A stretch of DNA of 64,000 nt from an uncultured Veillonellaceae bacterium. GTDB lineage: Bacteria > Bacillota > Negativicutes > JARBTT01. A model generated the notes under the pieces. The model saw only the letters and a list, made by a program, of their open reading frames with translations, had not been told where the DNA came from and did not search any database. The stretch is from the NCBI GenBank assembly GCA_963805085.1, contig CAWDTA010000003.1, positions 288,001-352,000 of the forward strand. Reading direction: 5' to 3'. This document shows positions 58,382-64,000 of the stretch, one piece after another. Each line of letters begins with the position of its first letter. The stretch's first letter is position 1. The translations under genes and the position numbers were made by a program.

Positions 58382-58454
58382 GCAATAACTTGTAGTATAA
58401 TATGAACTGAGTTTAAAAACTCGGTTTATATTATTTTATAGGGGTTTTTGTTTA

Positions 58455-59720
58455 ATGATTAAAAATTTTTTTAGGGTGACACTTTTTTTAGTAGTAGTTA
58501 TGCTTGTACAAGGGGGATTGGTTACACCAGTAGAAGCAACGCAAGTAACGCATATAGATAAAATTCGTGTTACTTGGAATTCTGTACCGAACGCAGTCAT
58601 GTATGAGTTAGTTATTACTGATGGAAAATCAGCGAAAAAAAGTCACATAGTGACGACTAAAACAAATATTTATACGACTGGTTACGAGTTAGATGTTTCT
58701 TTTTTTAGTGTAGAATGTAATGGCTTGTATTGGAAAGTTAGAGGGCTTGATATCAATAAGCAGCCAATAACGAATTTTACGGAACCAAAACTCTTAATTG
58801 AAGCGGAAATCAATCCAGTTAGACCAAAGACTACGACACAGTTTGATAAGTTGCCGTATGCTAAACTTTATCCAGTATATTCGTGGATACCAGTTTTAAG
58901 GGCAACTGGTTATGATTTACAGGTGTTTTATGATCCTGATAATAATCCACATACGCCAGATACGTTGTTTAAAACAGATTCTATAGCAGGACAGAGCTCT
59001 TATGATTATTATGACGGCACGTCATATCGTCAAGAGGGCAGTTATTGGTGGCGGGTTAGAGCGACAAATTCTTTGCTGGAAACAGTAGGTGCTTGGTCAG
59101 AACCAGATCGTTTTAAAGTTGAACATGATGGTGCGGCGGTGGCGGCGTTTGGCGATAGCATTACACATGGTGGGGGTGCTGTATCGACACCGCCAAGCGA
59201 TACATTGTATGATTGGGAAACGTATTCGAAGGTTCCGATTCGTAACTTAGGGTTGAGTGGAAACACTGTGGAGAATCTGGTTAATCGTTTTGATGATGAT
59301 GTATTGCCGTTTCATCCCAAGATCCTCGTTGTTTTTGGGGGTATCAATAATATTCGTGCAGGCGATAAAGCAACACAGGTGATCGCTGGTTTGAGTAGAA
59401 TCAAATACAAATGCTTGTATCACAACATCATCCCAGTGTTCGTCACGGTAGCGCCAATCAATCCAATAGCGATGAAAGCGGTGTCAAATATTGATGTTAC
59501 ACCAGGCTGGGAACGTGAACAAATGCTCGTGAATTCGTGGATTAAATCACAACGGTATTATGTTGATATCACTGGAAAGTTTACGGATGATCGAGGCTGG
59601 TTGTTTACGACAATGGCAGTCGATGGACTTCATCCTGATGTGGAAGGTAAGCGTATCATTGGAACAATGATCGGTGATTATTTAGAAGATACTTTTAGTG
59701 ATTATTTAGAGCAGAAATAA
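58455..59720 (+). CDS. Secreted SGNH/GDSL hydrolase with N-terminal FN3-like domains
   Basis: Signal peptide; FGDSIT, NLGLSG, GGINN and DGLHP motifs. Confidence 0.9.
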   Translation: MIKNFFRVTLFLVVVMLVQGGLVTPVEATQVTHIDKIRVTWNSVPNAVMYELVITDGKSAKKSHIVTTKTNIYTTGYELDVSFFSVECNGLYWKVRGLDINKQPITNFTEPKLLIEAEINPVRPKTTTQFDKLPYAKLYPVYSWIPVLRATGYDLQVFYDPDNNPHTPDTLFKTDSIAGQSSYDYYDGTSYRQEGSYWWRVRATNSLLETVGAWSEPDRFKVEHDGAAVAAFGDSITHGGGAVSTPPSDTLYDWETYSKVPIRNLGLSGNTVENLVNRFDDDVLPFHPKILVVFGGINNIRAGDKATQVIAGLSRIKYKCLYHNIIPVFVTVAPINPIAMKAVSNIDVTPGWEREQMLVNSWIKSQRYYVDITGKFTDDRGWLFTTMAVDGLHPDVEGKRIIGTMIGDYLEDTFSDYLEQK

Positions 59721-59812
59721 AAAAACAATTGGCATATGCATACTTCTCTATTGAACGGTAATTATACCAAGTAGGAGTGGTGCATATGTCAATTGTTTTT
59801 CGTAGATTTATT

Positions 59813-60217
59813 TTACTTTCTATGGTTGGCAATGACAAAGTCAAGTGATTTGGCTGCTGCTAGAATTATTTTCGAACATTGAAGTTCTGGCGTGCGATAT
59901 TTTGCTTTTAATGGCGCACAGTTTATTTCACCTAATTCTTGGTGAAATAAAGAAAATAGTTCGTGGGTCAGTACTTTTATCATAGAACTTTCATGAGCAT
60001 AATCGTTGACAAACATATGACTTAGCACCATAACACCGGCGCTTAGAGCCCCGCAAGTTGTTTCAACGCCCATGCCACCGCCAAAACCAGCAGATAATTT
60101 TAAAGCTGTTTTATCTAGGTTTAGTTGATAGGCCTGATTTGCACCATAAATAATTTTTTCCGCACAGTTATAATTTTCGCTATTACCAAAGCCTTGTTCC
60201 ATTAATTCATATAACAT
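59813..60217 (-). CDS. C-GCAxxG-C-C family putative redox protein
   Basis: YNCAE, GFGGGMG..TCGA and two later cysteines. Confidence 0.88.
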   Translation of the reverse strand: MLYELMEQGFGNSENYNCAEKIIYGANQAYQLNLDKTALKLSAGFGGGMGVETTCGALSAGVMVLSHMFVNDYAHESSMIKVLTHELFSLFHQELGEINCAPLKAKYRTPELQCSKIILAAAKSLDFVIANHRK

Positions 60218-60412
60218 ATTATTTCTCCCCCCATATTTTTTACTATAGCTAGTATTTACTTTATTTTAAATTCGACACACGCATCTTATCACCTACTAAA
60301 AATAGGCTGATTTATGGAAAGATTGGATTCTTCATTTGCGTATAGAAGGTATTTATATAAAAGTATCGAAGTAGATATAAATATTGTTTTATAACGATAG
60401 GAGTGAACTTTT

Positions 60413-60817
60413 ATGAAAATAAAGCGTATTGATACGACTTTTAGTACAGAAAAACTTCAAGAATCAAAAGATTTTTATATGGATCATTTTGGTTTTAAAT
60501 TAGCTTATGAAAGCGATTGGTATATTGAGCTTGTAACGCCAACCGGAGACGCAGGTATTAGCTTTACACTTCCGCAAAGAGAAGAAGGCGAATTCTTCAA
60601 TGGGAAAGGGATGATTTTATCCTTTGAAGTAGAAGATGTGGAAGCAGAATACAATCGATTAAAGGAACAGAATGTGACAATTTATCAAGATTTACAAGAT
60701 AAGCCATGGGGCGAACGTAGTTTTGTAGTCGATGATCCAAATGGTGTACATGTTTATCTTTATAATTTGATTGAACAGACGGATGAGTATAAGGAATTGT
60801 ATGCACCGTTCAAATAA
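60413..60817 (+). CDS. VOC-family (glyoxalase/bleomycin resistance) protein
   Basis: DFY...FGF, LSFEVEDV and PWGERSF...DPNG motifs. Confidence 0.88.
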   Translation: MKIKRIDTTFSTEKLQESKDFYMDHFGFKLAYESDWYIELVTPTGDAGISFTLPQREEGEFFNGKGMILSFEVEDVEAEYNRLKEQNVTIYQDLQDKPWGERSFVVDDPNGVHVYLYNLIEQTDEYKELYAPFK

Positions 60818-60887
60818 GCTAAGGTATATTGACATCGAGTAGATGAATTGCAACGAAAAGCAACGCATCTACTTCTATTTATATATT

Positions 60888-61098
60888 TGTCGATGATTTA
60901 GAAAATATCTAAATCCGTTCCACTTATAAACTAGTACGAAGATAGGCTGCCGATTGGTGAGAAGTGCTCAGATGCTAGGCACAGTAAGGAGCTGCGAAGG
61001 AGTCGTACTTTCGTACGTCGACGAGCAGCTCTTTGCTGTAACGACGCAGATGAGTGCTTATCGCCGACCCGCGGTCTGTCTGTCCATAGTTTATCTAC
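60888..61098. repeat. Dispersed structured repeat, copy B (inverted relative to copy A)
   Basis: Reverse complement matches 51175-51384 with scattered substitutions. Confidence 0.92.
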
Positions 61099-61120
61099 AT
61101 AAAAAAGGCTAAACTTGCGT

Positions 61121-62818
61121 TTAGCCTTTTTTTAGTATGTCTTGATAACGATACAATGCTTGTGTTTTAAATCTTGCCGTAATTTCGGCGTATGGCATTG
61201 GTTTACCAAATAGATAGCCTTGAATATGGGAGCAGTTTTCCGCGCGTAAGAATTTTAACTGATCAATCGTTTCTACGCCTTCGGCTACAATTTCAAGTTT
61301 AAGATTTTTCCCAAGTCCTAAGATTGCTTTTGCAATATGTGCACCATCGGAGTTATCACCGATATCACTAATAAAGGAACGATCAATTTTTAAAATATCA
61401 ACAGGAAAACGTTTTAAGTAAATAAAGGAAGAATACCCCATGCCGAAATCATCTAGTGATATTTTAATGCCCTTGTTTTTAAGATCCTGTAAAACGAGCA
61501 TCGTATAATCAGCATCATTCATCGCTGCTGTTTCAGTAATTTCAACGGTTAACCATTCAGGTGCGAGGTTTGATTCGGTTAAACAATCAAAGATAACTTC
61601 TTTTAAATTCTTTTGTTGAAATTGTTTTGCTGATAAATTGACAGACATTGAAATTGGTGGGAGGCCCATTTCTTGCCATTCTTTATTATGTTTGCAGGCA
61701 GTTTTGATGACCCATTCACCAATTGGGATGATTGTGCCGCAATCTTCGGCAACAGGGATGAAGTCTGCAGGTGAAATTAAGCCTTTACAAGGGTGGTTCC
61801 AACGAATCAATGCTTCTACGCCGATGATAACGCCATTTACGTCAACTTGTGGTTGATAATAAAGTTCAAATTGATTTTCTTTTAGTCCGATGCGTAAATC
61901 ATTTTCCATATCTAAGCGTTTTGCAATGTTAAGTTCCATTTCATCCATATAATATTGATATTTACCAGCACCTTGTTCACGTGAGCGGTGCATTGCAATT
62001 TCAGCCATTTTGATGAGTGTGTTGGTGTCATTGGCATCATCAGGAAATATAGCGATACCAGCGTTGGCATTGATATTAAAAGATTGATTATCAAATTTCC
62101 AAGATTTTTGAATTAGCTCGATCAGTGTACTTACTTGATCGGTAATCATATCTAAGGATTCAATATTAGATAATAATACAATAAAATCATCGCCGTTTAA
62201 TCGACAGAGGTTATTAGGATTTTGTATATGTTCTTTTAGACGCTTTGCGACAATGATCAATAGGTTATCAGCAAAATCATGACCGAGTGTACTATTGATC
62301 ATTTTAAAGCCGTCTAAATCAATGAAGATTAATGCAGTTAGCTTGTTTTTCGATAGTGGTGAATTGATATAAGAAGTTAGTCTTTGGGTAAACAATATTC
62401 GGTTCGGTAATTTCGTTAATGGATCATGGCTGGAAAGAAAAGCAACTTCTTCTAGATGCTTATTTTCCTCGGCCTTATAACGTTGAATTTCATTAGAATG
62501 GATCGTACTATAAGTAGTTAGTTCAAAATTTGCCAATTGTAAGGAATGCGTGCTCTTTTGATATTTTTTATATGTACGTACAATGCGCTTGGTTAATTTT
62601 TTTGATGAAATATAAATAAAGCCTGCTGTAGCTAACAGTAAAGTAATCGTTTGATAATAAGTGGTCATTGTATCTGATACGTTCAGCATTGGCAAGATCA
62701 TTGTGGTTAGGCCAATAATCATAATAGAATAAATACAATATATAGTAATCAACATCGTTGGTAATTTAGAAATATTACGACTCGTTAAAAAAGATCTTTT
62801 AAATTTGATTTTTGACAC
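61121..62818 (-). CDS. Membrane-anchored GGDEF-EAL protein (probably a phosphodiesterase)
   Basis: 2 TM segments; HDPLTKLPNR, degenerate NGDDF, intact EAL, DDFGMGYSS, KIDRSF and AEGVE motifs. Confidence 0.92.
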   Translation of the reverse strand: MSKIKFKRSFLTSRNISKLPTMLITIYCIYSIMIIGLTTMILPMLNVSDTMTTYYQTITLLLATAGFIYISSKKLTKRIVRTYKKYQKSTHSLQLANFELTTYSTIHSNEIQRYKAEENKHLEEVAFLSSHDPLTKLPNRILFTQRLTSYINSPLSKNKLTALIFIDLDGFKMINSTLGHDFADNLLIIVAKRLKEHIQNPNNLCRLNGDDFIVLLSNIESLDMITDQVSTLIELIQKSWKFDNQSFNINANAGIAIFPDDANDTNTLIKMAEIAMHRSREQGAGKYQYYMDEMELNIAKRLDMENDLRIGLKENQFELYYQPQVDVNGVIIGVEALIRWNHPCKGLISPADFIPVAEDCGTIIPIGEWVIKTACKHNKEWQEMGLPPISMSVNLSAKQFQQKNLKEVIFDCLTESNLAPEWLTVEITETAAMNDADYTMLVLQDLKNKGIKISLDDFGMGYSSFIYLKRFPVDILKIDRSFISDIGDNSDGAHIAKAILGLGKNLKLEIVAEGVETIDQLKFLRAENCSHIQGYLFGKPMPYAEITARFKTQALYRYQDILKKG

Positions 62819-62886
62819 AATCGTTACACCTTTTCGTTATATTTTTTTATGTTATTAAAATGCATAATCACGTTTTCTAGCTCATA

Positions 62887-63534
62887 TTAGTCTTGTGAAT
62901 GATCAACCGGAATTTCTAAATAGAGGGTATCTAGTTCAGTTATTATACAATTGGAGGAGGTCCAATTGGTGACTGCCTCGATCAGACGATCCTCAAGACC
63001 CTTTTTGGCAAATGCTACAATGCGTACTTTATCAGTGAATATTTTGTCTTCAATCCCATAATGATGAAGACGTAAATTATTTTCGAGTGTGCCGAGTAGC
63101 GTATAATCAATCTCGATTGCAATGCGAATATATTGTATTTTTTCAACCACTTGTGCAGCTACAAGTCCCAGACTGGCAGCCTTACCGTAAGCGCGAATCA
63201 AACCGCCAGCACCCAGCTTTATGCCACCGAAATATCGTGTGATTACGATGACGATATCTTTCACATCATTTTTTTTCAATACTTCAAGGATTGGTTTACC
63301 TGCTGTTCCACTTGGTTCCCCATCGTCATCAGCTTTTTGAATTTGTCCGCGATCGCCGATGATATAAGCAGAACAATTGTGTCTTGCTTCCCAGTGAAGT
63401 TTTTTTATTTTGTTGATGAAGGCAGTGGCTTCCGCTTCCGTATTTACACGTTCTATAAAAGCTAAAAAGCGAGATTTACTAATCTCATACTCTGCTTCAG
63501 TATAACCTTTTATCGTTTTATAGTTTGTATTCAT
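62887..63534 (-). CDS. yigZ: YigZ/IMPACT-family protein
   Basis: KSRF, ARHNC.AY, DDGEPSGTAG and RYFGGIKLGAGGLIRAY motifs; ATG at 63534 after GAGG. Confidence 0.92.
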   Translation of the reverse strand: MNTNYKTIKGYTEAEYEISKSRFLAFIERVNTEAEATAFINKIKKLHWEARHNCSAYIIGDRGQIQKADDDGEPSGTAGKPILEVLKKNDVKDIVIVITRYFGGIKLGAGGLIRAYGKAASLGLVAAQVVEKIQYIRIAIEIDYTLLGTLENNLRLHHYGIEDKIFTDKVRIVAFAKKGLEDRLIEAVTNWTSSNCIITELDTLYLEIPVDHSQD

Positions 63535-63759
63535 TTCGTACCTCAAAATAATTTGTTCTATAAAATTATACATGAAAACTTAAAGCTTTGTAAGGACCTT
63601 TCTTCATAAAAATAGCAAAATTGAGATATTATAAGAAAAAAATTCATTTAACTAATTTTTTATAGTAATTTTATAGTAATATAAATGCATTTGTAGTATT
63701 CTGTATATGCTTATAAAATAAATAGGATAAAATTACCGGAAGGGTGTGTTAAGAAGGAC

Positions 63760-64000
63760 ATGAAAGAACCATCAATGAACAGAGGCTTAAAGAACCGGCA
63801 TTTGCAGCTTATTTCGCTCGGCGGCATTATTGGTAGTGGATACTTCTTGGGTACGGGCTATGTTTTAGAAAAGGCAGGACCAGCAGCGATATTGGCGTAT
63901 TTATTGGGAGGTCTAATTGTGCTATGCGTTATGTTATGTCTAGCAGAATTAGCGGTTGCCAAACCAATCTCAGGTTCGTTTGTTACCTATGCCAAAGAAA
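63760..64000 (+). CDS. APC-superfamily amino acid permease (3' partial)
   Basis: Manual translation MKEPSMNRGLKNRHLQLISLGGIIGSGYFLG...LAEL...P.SGSF; runs off the window. Confidence 0.92.
   Translation, partial: MKEPSMNRGLKNRHLQLISLGGIIGSGYFLGTGYVLEKAGPAAILAYLLGGLIVLCVMLCLAELAVAKPISGSFVTYAKE

Noticed and set aside
61121-62818. Degenerate GGDEF motif (NGDDF) as a novelty
   Set aside because: Inactive GGDEF domains fused to intact EAL domains are common.

Overview
Low-GC chromosomal window, most likely from a diderm Firmicute of the Negativicutes (inferred from gene content: periplasmic Tat-exported hydrogenase, AMIN-domain amidase, Firmicute-type promoters). Bases 1 to ~9.8 kb are the distal end of a prophage or tailocin-like element. 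It encodes an FN3-repeat tail-tip protein, a tail fibre, a small fibre-associated gene with an in-frame ~205-bp tandem duplication, two paralogous GT-A-like (DUF6734-like) genes, a holin-like gene, an amidase endolysin and a permuted papain-like enzyme with an internal in-frame start. A separate accessory unit follows, with two related membrane proteins and a lipase-like protein. The remaining ~54 kb is mostly housekeeping and catabolic: L-rhamnose operon, amidase, MATE, phosphoesterase, lipase, sigma54/LevR-controlled mannose-family PTS, pfkA, ECF S-component plus nicotinamidase, ribose operon, lysA with a lysine riboswitch, topB, DEAD-box helicase, CorC-like protein, cytochrome b-linked [FeFe]-hydrogenase, ABC-F, hexokinase, rpoN, ndh and a GGDEF-EAL protein. 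Intergenic DNA holds small structured repeats and IS3-family end remnants. The best leads are the glycosyltransferase-like pair between the tail fibre and the lysis genes, the lipase plus putative immunity unit, the nested gene in the lysis cassette, three genes that appear to start at ATT, and an unannotated sporulation-type mini-locus near 40 kb. No tRNA, rRNA, CRISPR array, integrase or reverse transcriptase was seen. All family assignments come from motif recognition by eye; no database search was run.
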